Shown here in pieces: positions 1 to 7,141 of a stretch of DNA of 12,930 nt. The position numbers and the translations under genes were made by a program. This DNA is from a candidate division WOR-3 bacterium (GTDB lineage Bacteria; Hydrothermota; Tepidihabitantia; SM23-42; JAOAFX01): the NCBI GenBank assembly GCA_037444665.1, contig JBBILZ010000061.1, positions 1 through 12,930 on the forward strand, written 5' to 3'. The notes under the pieces were generated by a model that saw only the letters and a list, made by a program, of their open reading frames with translations, had not been told where the DNA came from and did not search any database. Each line of letters starts with the position of its first letter. Position 1 is the stretch's first letter.

Positions 1-840
1 TATTCAATATTTGAAAGTCCGGCAAATGATAACTATATTCCGCTTTATGTGAATGTTCAACTCCCCACCGTTAACATCAAGGACTGCTTCTCTGTCCCTG
101 ATGCGGATGGTGATGGCAAACCTGAGTTTGTTTTAAAGGGTTTTAGAATCCTCAGTGCCTTGATTGATGTCTTTATCTTTGAGGCAATCGCTGATAACAC
201 CTATGAGATAATCAAGACCTTTACCCTGCCTGGTGGTGATTATTATGGTGGTTATTCAGAGGCAGGTGATGTTGATGGTGATGGTGTGCCTGAGATTGTG
301 CTTGAGGCAAGGCAGAATGTCTTTATTATCAAGGCAGAGGGGAATAACAATTTTTATATCCGGGATACATTACCCGGGCATACCAGTGGTTCCTGTGTGC
401 GGGTAACCAATGACATTGATGGCAATGGTTATAATGAGATTGTGATTTCAGGAAATGATGAGACCAGAATCTATGAATATAATGCAGGTGCAGTTGGAGA
501 AACCGCCAGCCCCTTGCTATCCGATGTACTGCACTTAGAGGTCTATCCAAATCCATTCACCACGAAATTGGATATCAGATATGAGATACCAGATACGAGA
601 TACGAAATAACGAATGAACATATATCTGACATCTCATATCTCACATCAGTCAGTTTAAAAATCTACGATGCGACCGGCAGGCTGGTGAGACAATTTAACC
701 ATTCAACCATTCAACCATTTAACCAGGTTCTTTGGGATGGTTCTGATGATTCCGGTCACAAACTTCCCGCTGGTGTCTATTTTGTGAGACTGGAGAGCGA
801 TGGATTCAAACAGGTGGGGGAGGTAATTCTTTTAAGATAA
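1..840 (+). CDS. 5'-truncated secreted FG-GAP/VCBS-repeat protein with C-terminal FlgD-Ig/T9SS type A-like sorting domain
   Basis: Frame is open from base 1 (YSIFESPANDNY...), so the true start lies upstream of the window. It has DxDGDG Ca-binding repeats (DADGDGKPE, DVDGDGVPE, DIDGNGYNE). CTD motifs are YPNPF, LKIYDATGRLV, WDGSDDSG, PAGVYFV and a terminal basic residue. Confidence 0.85.
   Translation, partial: YSIFESPANDNYIPLYVNVQLPTVNIKDCFSVPDADGDGKPEFVLKGFRILSALIDVFIFEAIADNTYEIIKTFTLPGGDYYGGYSEAGDVDGDGVPEIVLEARQNVFIIKAEGNNNFYIRDTLPGHTSGSCVRVTNDIDGNGYNEIVISGNDETRIYEYNAGAVGETASPLLSDVLHLEVYPNPFTTKLDIRYEIPDTRYEITNEHISDISYLTSVSLKIYDATGRLVRQFNHSTIQPFNQVLWDGSDDSGHKLPAGVYFVRLESDGFKQVGEVILLR
570..648. 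repeat. Inverted pair of degenerate heptamer arrays (AGATAYS) inside the CTD coding region
   Basis: Left arm GGATATC AGATATG AGATACC AGATACG AGATACG (570-604). Right arm TATATCT GACATCT CATATCT CACATCA (621-648) is the reverse complement of the same unit. Confidence 0.85.
691..725 (+). repeat. Octamer tandem array (CCATTYAA) inside the CTD coding region
   Basis: CAATTTAA CCATTCAA CCATTCAA CCATTTAA CCA, encoding QFNHSTIQPFNQ. Confidence 0.85.
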
Positions 841-846
841 AAGCAT

Positions 847-871
847 CGTCCATCTAAAGATGGACGCTACA
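847..871 (-). repeat. GTAG-type REP hairpin
   Basis: Minus strand reads TGTAG-CGTCCATCT-TT-AGATGGACG, a perfect 9-bp stem, beginning 7 nt after the stop codon at 840. Confidence 0.75.
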
Positions 872-1004
872 AGAAAGATTAAATAGAAATTACACAAACT
901 GATTTCAACCATACAAACGAACTGTAGTTGCCCGATTTATCGGGCATAGATGCTGGTATGGTCTGTTTGGTCTATTTAGTCTTTCTGGCCTTTTTAGTTA
1001 TCTT
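872..1004. repeat. Inverted nonamer-array element enclosing a REP
   Basis: Right arm GGTCTGTTT GGTCTATTT AGTCTTTCT GGCCTTTTT AGTTATCTT (960-1004). Bases 872-887 (AGAAAGATTAAATAGA) match the reverse complement of 971-986 at 15/16. Inner pairings are 895-899/965-969 and 908-914/956-962. Confidence 0.7.
923..946 (+). repeat. GTAG-type REP hairpin (TGTAGTTGC family)
   Basis: TGTAGT-TGCCCGAT-TT-ATCGGGCA, a perfect 8-bp stem. Relatives occur at 4281-4304, 12470-12525 and 12534-12557. Confidence 0.85.
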
Positions 1005-1059
1005 ACCTACTGCCTACTACATACTACTTACTCCCTACTACTTACTAGCTACTACTTAC
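1004..1059 (+). repeat. Degenerate heptamer tandem array (TNNNTAC x8)
   Basis: TACCTAC TGCCTAC TACATAC TACTTAC TCCCTAC TACTTAC TAGCTAC TACTTAC. Confidence 0.9.
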
Positions 1060-1065
1060 TATTTT

Positions 1066-1105
1066 CCCATCTTCATATCCACATATCCTCTTGTCTTCCC
1101 ATCCC
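1066..1105 (+). repeat. Degenerate octamer tandem array (x5)
   Basis: CCCATCTT CATATCCA CATATCCT CTTGTCTT CCCATCCC, ending immediately before a -35 box. Confidence 0.65.
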
Positions 1106-1133
1106 TTGACTTTTTAAATAATGTAGGTAAAAT
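1106..1133 (+). promoter_or_regulatory. Putative sigma70 promoter
   Basis: TTGACT-N16-TAAAAT upstream of the CDS at 1188. Confidence 0.65.
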
Positions 1134-1187
1134 ATATTATATAGGATTGAGTATCTCTTATCGCCATATTAGATAAAGGGAAGAAAG

Positions 1188-3449
1188 ATGAAAACGCTAT
1201 ATTTTTTACTCGTTATTTCTTGCTGTTTTGCTACCAGATTCCAGACCGTCTGGGAAAGAATGGAATTTCCAGCAGATTCAGAAACAAAATTTATTTATGG
1301 ACTATATTCCTGTGGCATTGGTGATATTAATAAAGATGGCTATGCTGATTTTTTGGTGAATAAAGTTTATGGAAGTGATTGTGTGGACACAAATAGGGCA
1401 AATAATGTTTTTCTATATTTGGGTAAAAATAACTTATCTACTCAACCAGATCTTGTTTATGAACATAAAACTGATTCTGCTGCAGGAGGGCAGCATGATG
1501 GTTTTGGATGTCTTTACTTTAACGGTCTCGGCGATATCAATGGTGATGGTTATGATGATTTTGCCATTGTTGCTCACAATGCAGTCACTGATACAATGCC
1601 CTGGGGCGACCTTGCCCCTGGAGGCAAGATTTATATCTATTTTGGCAATTCAGTCCTGGATACTATTCCAGAAATGATTATCAAAGGACATCTAATTTAT
1701 GACCCACCATATTGGATAGGTGATAGAATGCCTTCAGGGATATGTGGTGCAGATGTTAATGGCGATGGTTATAATGATATAGTTATAGGCTTCCGTGAAT
1801 ATTCTACTACCTGGAACGGGTATGACCAGGTGCGGGGCAGGGTCTATATCTACTTTGGTGGCACAACCATTGATACAATTCCAGATGTAGTAATCACGGG
1901 TGGCAATTACTGGGCACCTTTTCCGGCTCGGTATGAGCAACTTGGTTGGACCATTGATAATCTTGGTGATGTTAATGGCGATGGTTATGAAGATATAATC
2001 GTGGGTGCACCGAATAATATGGAACGAGAGGAGATAGCAGGTAAGGCATATGTATTTTTGGGTGGTAATCCAATGGATACCCTTCCTGATTGGTGGTATT
2101 ACGGAACCAATCGTTGGCAATCCCTTGGCGAAATCGTCTCTAATGCGGGCGATTTTAATGGTGATGGATATAATGATTTTATGATCGGTGATTATATGTA
2201 CCCAATGCCTTGGAGTGAATTCGGCAGGGTTTTGCTCTTTTATGGAGGTCCGAGTTTAGATACCATTCCTGATTGGCAACTCTATGGTGAATTTTATAGT
2301 ACCCATGACCTCGGCAACAGTCTTGATTGCATTGGCGATTATAATAATGATGGCTATGATGACATTGTTATCGGTAACTCTGCCTATGAGTATAATGGCT
2401 CAAATAATTGGTTTAATGGTCGTATATTATTATTTTTGGGTGGTGCATCTCCAGATACAATCCTGGATGGAGTATACATCGGAGCTGAATTTTATGAGCG
2501 TGGTGTGGCGCGGGTATTGGGTAATGTCGGGGATGTAAACGGCGATGGATTAAATGAGATTATTTTTACTACAGACTATCCGCCGATTGTGCCCTATCCA
2601 GATGTTTATGGCTGGGTCAGAGTGGCAAAAATCACTGAGGCAGGCCTGCCTGATTCAATTATCTGTCGTGGCGGTGACTGCTATTGTCTGATAAAATGGC
2701 AGGGCAAATATGAAGAAAATACCAGCCATTATCAAATTCTGAAAAACAACAAGCCCGATACCTTAGGCTGGTATCGATTAAAAACAATCAATCCCAGGCA
2801 ACCACCCATTTATACAATCGTTGATACTGCAGTTGACTTTTCAAATAGGTATTATTACTGGGTCAGGGTCTATGATAGAAATGGCAAGTTTGACCATTAT
2901 GGGCCATTTCACGCACAACCCAGTCCAATACAGGTCAATGACTTTACTGGTTACCGTGAACTGAGTGGATATGTAAATCTCTACTGGTGTATAACTGGTG
3001 GTGACATTACCGGGTTCAATCTTTATCAGGAAATAAATCATATTAGAGAAAAGATTGCGACACTGGGTGCAGAGAGAAATAATTATGCAATTTCTTCAAA
3101 AGACCAGGATGTTTGTTACTGGCTTGGTATTATGCAGAGTTCAAATGAAGAGCGGCTGATTGGACCCCTTGTTCCTGATGGTATTGTCAGGATTGCGCCC
3201 AATCCATTCAGGAATCAGGCGCGGATTGGTATTCGTGCCGGTAAGAATGGGATATATTCTTTAAAGATATACAATGTGCTCGGGCAATATATAAAGACCC
3301 TGTGGTCAGGAGAGAAGCAGGCAGGATATTATGAAATTGTCTGGGATGGTAAGGATGGCCATAATCACCAGATGCCTGCAGGTGTTTATTATTTAGTTTA
3401 CGAAATGGGCAATTATAAAACCACCGCAAAATTGGTGCGTTTAAAATAA
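1188..3449 (+). CDS. Secreted FG-GAP (integrin-alpha-like) seven-bladed beta-propeller protein with Fn3/Ig-like region and FlgD-Ig/T9SS-like CTD
   Basis: Signal peptide MKTLYFLLVISCCFA. Seven (G/A)DxNxDG(Y/L)x(D/E) repeats, one with VGAP. CTD motifs APNPF, LKIYNVLGQ, WDGKD, PAGVYY, KLVRLK. Confidence 0.9.
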   Translation: MKTLYFLLVISCCFATRFQTVWERMEFPADSETKFIYGLYSCGIGDINKDGYADFLVNKVYGSDCVDTNRANNVFLYLGKNNLSTQPDLVYEHKTDSAAGGQHDGFGCLYFNGLGDINGDGYDDFAIVAHNAVTDTMPWGDLAPGGKIYIYFGNSVLDTIPEMIIKGHLIYDPPYWIGDRMPSGICGADVNGDGYNDIVIGFREYSTTWNGYDQVRGRVYIYFGGTTIDTIPDVVITGGNYWAPFPARYEQLGWTIDNLGDVNGDGYEDIIVGAPNNMEREEIAGKAYVFLGGNPMDTLPDWWYYGTNRWQSLGEIVSNAGDFNGDGYNDFMIGDYMYPMPWSEFGRVLLFYGGPSLDTIPDWQLYGEFYSTHDLGNSLDCIGDYNNDGYDDIVIGNSAYEYNGSNNWFNGRILLFLGGASPDTILDGVYIGAEFYERGVARVLGNVGDVNGDGLNEIIFTTDYPPIVPYPDVYGWVRVAKITEAGLPDSIICRGGDCYCLIKWQGKYEENTSHYQILKNNKPDTLGWYRLKTINPRQPPIYTIVDTAVDFSNRYYYWVRVYDRNGKFDHYGPFHAQPSPIQVNDFTGYRELSGYVNLYWCITGGDITGFNLYQEINHIREKIATLGAERNNYAISSKDQDVCYWLGIMQSSNEERLIGPLVPDGIVRIAPNPFRNQARIGIRAGKNGIYSLKIYNVLGQYIKTLWSGEKQAGYYEIVWDGKDGHNHQMPAGVYYLVYEMGNYKTTAKLVRLK

Positions 3450-3459
3450 GGAGTGAAAA

Positions 3460-4167
3460 ATGAAGAGAATCATCTTTCTATTATTGCTCTTCTGTTTTCT
3501 TTTTTATTGTAAGAAGAGTGAAGATATACACTTCTATATTTCAGGAGGTCCGTTTGTTAACCGCTCACACCATTTTCCCATTGATACACTTGGGACCTAC
3601 GACTCTACACTTACTTTCAGAATATATACTGAACCAATAAATGAAAACATTAAAGTTGTAATAAATGGTGATACTTTGCCACCAGAATGTATGACTGTTG
3701 ACGCAAATAGTATATATGTAGACATACCCATTTCTGCGGATTCTTCTCCTTATAACCTTGAAGTCAATTCTGACATCAGTAATGCTTATGCTGTGTGCAC
3801 ACTTCCTGGCCGATTTAAAATACCTAATCCACCAAGTTTATATATCACACCAGGAGCAGACTGTGCAGTCCATTGGGAAAAGGCGATATATGCCCAATGG
3901 TATGAGGTAAAAATGTCTTATTTTGATACCACACATCCACCCGTTTATACCTGGGACACAACGTATATACTAAATGATACTGATACCTCAACAATAATTG
4001 TCTCTGGTGAAAAAATATATTATCCTGGGACATTTATTATTTCCATTGATGCAGTTAATGGTCCTGTATTGACTTCTGAAAATGATGGCAATGTAAAAGG
4101 TGATGGTTCCGGATACTGGACAGCGAGGTCAAGAACACAGCGTGCAGTAAAAGTTGGTTATTGGTGA
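3460..4167 (+). CDS. Hypothetical protein, probable lipoprotein with beta-rich (Ig/Fn3-like) fold
   Basis: AAGGAG RBS. N-terminus is MKR, a hydrophobic stretch, then Cys (FLFY-C-KKSED). Starts 10 nt after the upstream gene. Confidence 0.75.
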   Translation: MKRIIFLLLLFCFLFYCKKSEDIHFYISGGPFVNRSHHFPIDTLGTYDSTLTFRIYTEPINENIKVVINGDTLPPECMTVDANSIYVDIPISADSSPYNLEVNSDISNAYAVCTLPGRFKIPNPPSLYITPGADCAVHWEKAIYAQWYEVKMSYFDTTHPPVYTWDTTYILNDTDTSTIIVSGEKIYYPGTFIISIDAVNGPVLTSENDGNVKGDGSGYWTARSRTQRAVKVGYW

Positions 4168-4252
4168 TAAAATTTTCTTGAATTCAAAATTGTGGTTTCA
4201 ATACACTATAGATTGGTCAACTGAATAATAGTATATTATGAGGATTTTTCAA

Positions 4253-4276
4253 ACAACCACAATGGTTGTCCCTACA
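4253..4276 (-). repeat. GTAG-type REP hairpin (GTAGGG family)
   Basis: Minus strand reads TGTAGGG-ACAACCA-TTG-TGGTTGT, a 7-bp stem. Confidence 0.75.
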
Positions 4277-4280
4277 AAAA

Positions 4281-4304
4281 TGCCTCATAAATGAGGCAAC
4301 TACA
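4281..4304 (-). repeat. GTAG-type REP hairpin (TGTAGTTGC family)
   Basis: Minus strand reads TGTAGT-TGCCTCAT-TT-ATGAGGCA, a perfect 8-bp stem. Confidence 0.85.
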
Positions 4305-4364
4305 AAAAAGGCAAAAATATTAAAACAGGAAATAAAAGTGGAGAGAAGTCAGGTTGTATCTGTA

Positions 4365-4392
4365 TTGACTTTTGTAAAAATTTCAGTAAAAT
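4365..4392 (+). promoter_or_regulatory. Putative sigma70 promoter for tRNA-Val and downstream genes
   Basis: TTGACT-N16-TAAAAT, ending 17 nt before the tRNA. Confidence 0.7.
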
Positions 4393-4409
4393 ATACTATG
4401 CTAAATTTT

Positions 4410-4485
4410 GGGCGGTTAGCTCAGTCCTGGTTAGAGCGTCTGCTTGACATGCAGGAGGCCACCCGTTCAAGTCGGGTACCGCCCA
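4410..4485 (+). tRNA. tRNA-Val(GAC)
   Basis: Acceptor stem GGGCGGT/ACCGCCC plus discriminator A. D-stem GCTC/GAGC. Anticodon arm TCTGC-TTGACAT-GCAGG (GAC at 4446-4448). T-arm ACCCG-TTCAAGT-CGGGT. CCA not encoded. Confidence 0.95.
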
Positions 4486-4510
4486 CTCTACCAGGTGCGA
4501 GGCTGAGCTG

Positions 4511-5215
4511 ATGCAAGAGGTCCTGGAAAGGCTCATTAAAATAAGGGACCTTGATGAGGAGATAAAAAAGAACGAGCAACTTTTAAAGCATATCCCTGAA
4601 AAGATAAATAGCCTGCAAAAAGAGATAGAGAAGAAAAATGCTCAATTGAATCAAGCAAAGAATCGTCTAACTGAGATTAAAAAGATCTATAAAATGAAAG
4701 AAGGAGATATTGCTGAGAATGAATCAAAGATTAGTAAATTGAACCAGCAGATCCATTCAGTAAAGACCAATGATGAGTATCGGGCAATCCTTAAAGAAAT
4801 TGAATTTCTTAAAAATGCCAATCTGAAATCGGAAGAAGAGATGATAGCACTGCTTGAAGAAGAGGATAAAATAAAGCATTCAATCAATGCCCTGGAAAAA
4901 GAGACCAAAGATTTTATTGAAAAGAAGAATGCTGAAATTAATGAGTTAAAGGCGCAGAAAGAAGTTACTGCTGATAATCAAGATAAGAAAAAATTTATGT
5001 ATAAAGATGAGATCAATAAATTACCCGAAGAAATAAAAAAGATTTATGAAAGAATTAACAAGGCAAGGCAGAGACCAATATGTGTTGTGAATGATGATGG
5101 AGTGTGTACAGGATGTTTTGCAAATATTACTGCCCAGATTTTGAATGAATTGAAAAAGAAGGAGAAAGTAATACTCTGCGATAACTGTGGACGAATCCTC
5201 GTATATGGAAGATGA
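4511..5215 (+). CDS. Coiled-coil C4-type zinc-ribbon protein (DUF164 / CT398-like)
   Basis: Long K/E-rich coiled coil with VKTNDEYRAILKEIE, and C-terminal CTGC...CDNCGRIL. GAGG RBS at 4499-4502. This family is commonly adjacent to RNase HI. Confidence 0.9.
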   Translation: MQEVLERLIKIRDLDEEIKKNEQLLKHIPEKINSLQKEIEKKNAQLNQAKNRLTEIKKIYKMKEGDIAENESKISKLNQQIHSVKTNDEYRAILKEIEFLKNANLKSEEEMIALLEEEDKIKHSINALEKETKDFIEKKNAEINELKAQKEVTADNQDKKKFMYKDEINKLPEEIKKIYERINKARQRPICVVNDDGVCTGCFANITAQILNELKKKEKVILCDNCGRILVYGR

Positions 5216-5648
5216 AGTAGCAATTGTCTATATTGATGGTTCTTCACGGGGAAATCCTGGCTCAGCCGGAATTGGCGTTGTTATTTTTTCCAAAGATAAT
5301 CCACAAAAACCGATTGCTGAGATCTCAAAATATATTGGAATAACAACAAATAATATCGCTGAATATGAAGCCCTTATCTGTGCTTTAAAATGGCTCAATG
5401 ATAATCATATATGCAGGGTAAGAATAAGATTGGATTCAGAGCTTATTTACAAACAGATAATGGGTGCGTACAAAGTAAAGACTCCTCATTTAGTAACCCT
5501 GAAAAGTCGGGTAATAAATTTATTAAATAGATTCAAGGAGATTAATCTTGAACTCATATCGCGCACAAATAATAAACTGGCAAATAGACTTGCACAAAGG
5601 GCATCAAAAACCACTAAATTTTCAAAAGATAAAAGTAAAAATAACTAA
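5205..5648 (+). CDS. rnhA: Ribonuclease HI family protein
   Basis: Motifs YIDGSSRGNPGSAG, TNNIAEYEAL, DSELI and NKLANRLA. Start placed at ATG 5205, with GTG 5187 as an alternative. Confidence 0.88.
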   Translation: MEDEVAIVYIDGSSRGNPGSAGIGVVIFSKDNPQKPIAEISKYIGITTNNIAEYEALICALKWLNDNHICRVRIRLDSELIYKQIMGAYKVKTPHLVTLKSRVINLLNRFKEINLELISRTNNKLANRLAQRASKTTKFSKDKSKNN

Positions 5649-5687
5649 TTTGTGCAGACTATCTTTTCAAATTTTTACACTCATTAA

Positions 5688-7037
5688 ATGAAGCTAACCA
5701 AAGAAGTCAATTCTGCAGGGCTATTAATAATAGGCTATGTAAGTATAATAATTATCGGCACAATACTGCTCTGTTTGCCATTTGCCACGAGGACAGGCAT
5801 CTCTATTATTGATGCACTATTTACTTCAAGTTCTGCCGTATGCGTTACTGGTCTGATTGTTAAAGATACTGCGCTGGATTTTACGATCTGGGGTAAATTG
5901 ATTATCCTGTTATTAATCCAGATTGGTGGGTTGGGATATATGACCTTATCCACCTCTTTCTTTTATTTTCTGGGCAAAAAGATATCACTGCGCGACCGAA
6001 TACTATTTAAAGAATCAATGAATATATTCACCTATGACAATCTGATGCGCTTTGCCTGGAGGATTTTACGTATTACTTTTATTGTTGAACTGCTTGGAGC
6101 AATTGTTCTATACACAACCTTTTCCAAGCAATTTCCACCATTAATTGCTTTGGGACATTCTCTGTTCCATTCAGTCTCGGCATTCTGTAATGCTGGATTT
6201 TCATCATTTTCAGAAAACTTGAGTGGATATACCAATTCATTCACTGTCCCTTTAACCTGCTCTGTTCTGATAGTTTTAGGCGGCATTGGTTTTATTGTAA
6301 TCTCTGACATCTATTATGTTCTGATAAAAAAGGTCAAGAAAGATTTGGCGCTCCATACAAAGATTGTTTTAAGAACAACAGCAGTTCTTATTATTCTGGG
6401 AACCATTCTTATATTTTTTCTTGAAAACAATGGCAGTCTCAGGCATTTGCCATTAACCCAGAAAATCATCAATGCATTGTTCCATGCCATCACTCCAAGA
6501 ACTGCTGGTTTCAATATGATTAGTATTTCATTATTTTCTTATTTGAGCCTTATCTTTATGATGGTCTATATGTTTATCGGTGCTTCACCCGGAGGCACTG
6601 GAGGCGGTGTTAAAACCTCAACATTTTTCCTGCTCTTTGTATGGACAAAAGAACTGCTGTTGGGCAGGTATGGAGAAGATATCGCTTTAATGAAAAAAAG
6701 GGTACCCATAGAACAGGCATTTCGTTCATTCTTGTTAATCTTTTCCTCTATTTTTTTAATCTTTATTGGCTTTATTATGATAATGTTCATTGACCATCCA
6801 GACCCTTTTAAATTATTATTTGAAATCTTTTCCGCATTTGGCACAGTGGGGTTATCATTGGGTTCAAATATTAATGTGTGCTGTAGTTTCAGTTTTGACC
6901 TTTCAAGTATTGGTAAACTTATAATAATCATCATAATGCTTTCGGGACGTGTAGGGATATTAACCTTAAGCCATGCCCTGCTCAAAGCCCGTTCACGGAA
7001 ATTCATCTATCCAGAAGAATCTATTGTTATAGGATAG
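5688..7037 (+). CDS. ktrB: TrkH/KtrB family potassium uptake membrane subunit
   Basis: Four pore-loop motifs (SAVCVTGL, SAFCNAGFS, PRTAGFN, SAFGTVGLS), plus QIGGLG, GASPGGTGGGVK and C-terminal YPEESIVIG. Confidence 0.93.
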   Translation: MKLTKEVNSAGLLIIGYVSIIIIGTILLCLPFATRTGISIIDALFTSSSAVCVTGLIVKDTALDFTIWGKLIILLLIQIGGLGYMTLSTSFFYFLGKKISLRDRILFKESMNIFTYDNLMRFAWRILRITFIVELLGAIVLYTTFSKQFPPLIALGHSLFHSVSAFCNAGFSSFSENLSGYTNSFTVPLTCSVLIVLGGIGFIVISDIYYVLIKKVKKDLALHTKIVLRTTAVLIILGTILIFFLENNGSLRHLPLTQKIINALFHAITPRTAGFNMISISLFSYLSLIFMMVYMFIGASPGGTGGGVKTSTFFLLFVWTKELLLGRYGEDIALMKKRVPIEQAFRSFLLIFSSIFLIFIGFIMIMFIDHPDPFKLLFEIFSAFGTVGLSLGSNINVCCSFSFDLSSIGKLIIIIIMLSGRVGILTLSHALLKARSRKFIYPEESIVIG

Positions 7038-7059
7038 TTTACTTGTTTTGGTTTGAGTC

Positions 7060-7087
7060 TTGACTTTATAATCGTTTTGAGTATTAT
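7060..7087 (+). promoter_or_regulatory. Putative internal sigma70 promoter upstream of ktrA
   Basis: TTGACT-N16-TATTAT in the ktrB-ktrA gap. Confidence 0.6.
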
Positions 7088-7141
7088 TTACTCTATGAAA
7101 TTTAGGATGAAAATAGATAAAAAACAGATCAGTGAGGTATT

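Noticed and set aside
841..1105. CRISPR array
   Set aside because: There are no constant 23-47 nt repeats with unique spacers and no cas genes.
928..1176. 82-aa hydrophobic ORF
   Set aside because: It starts inside a REP, runs through the repeat arrays and a promoter, and has no RBS. Hydrophobicity follows from T/C-rich repeats.
1..3449. Diversity-generating retroelement target/template pair in the CTD genes
   Set aside because: I see no near-identical TR/VR pair with adenine-specific mismatches and no reverse transcriptase in the window.
4178..4207. Weak promoter TTGAAT-N18-TACACT
   Set aside because: It is a poor match in AT-rich DNA and has no obvious downstream target before the REPs.
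4266..4511. 81-aa ORF from the ORF track
   Set aside because: It spans two REPs, a promoter and tRNA-Val, so it is not credible as a full gene.
5649..5687. rnpB expected after the zinc-ribbon/RNase HI pair in some bacteria
   Set aside because: The gap is only 39 nt and lacks RNase P RNA motifs.
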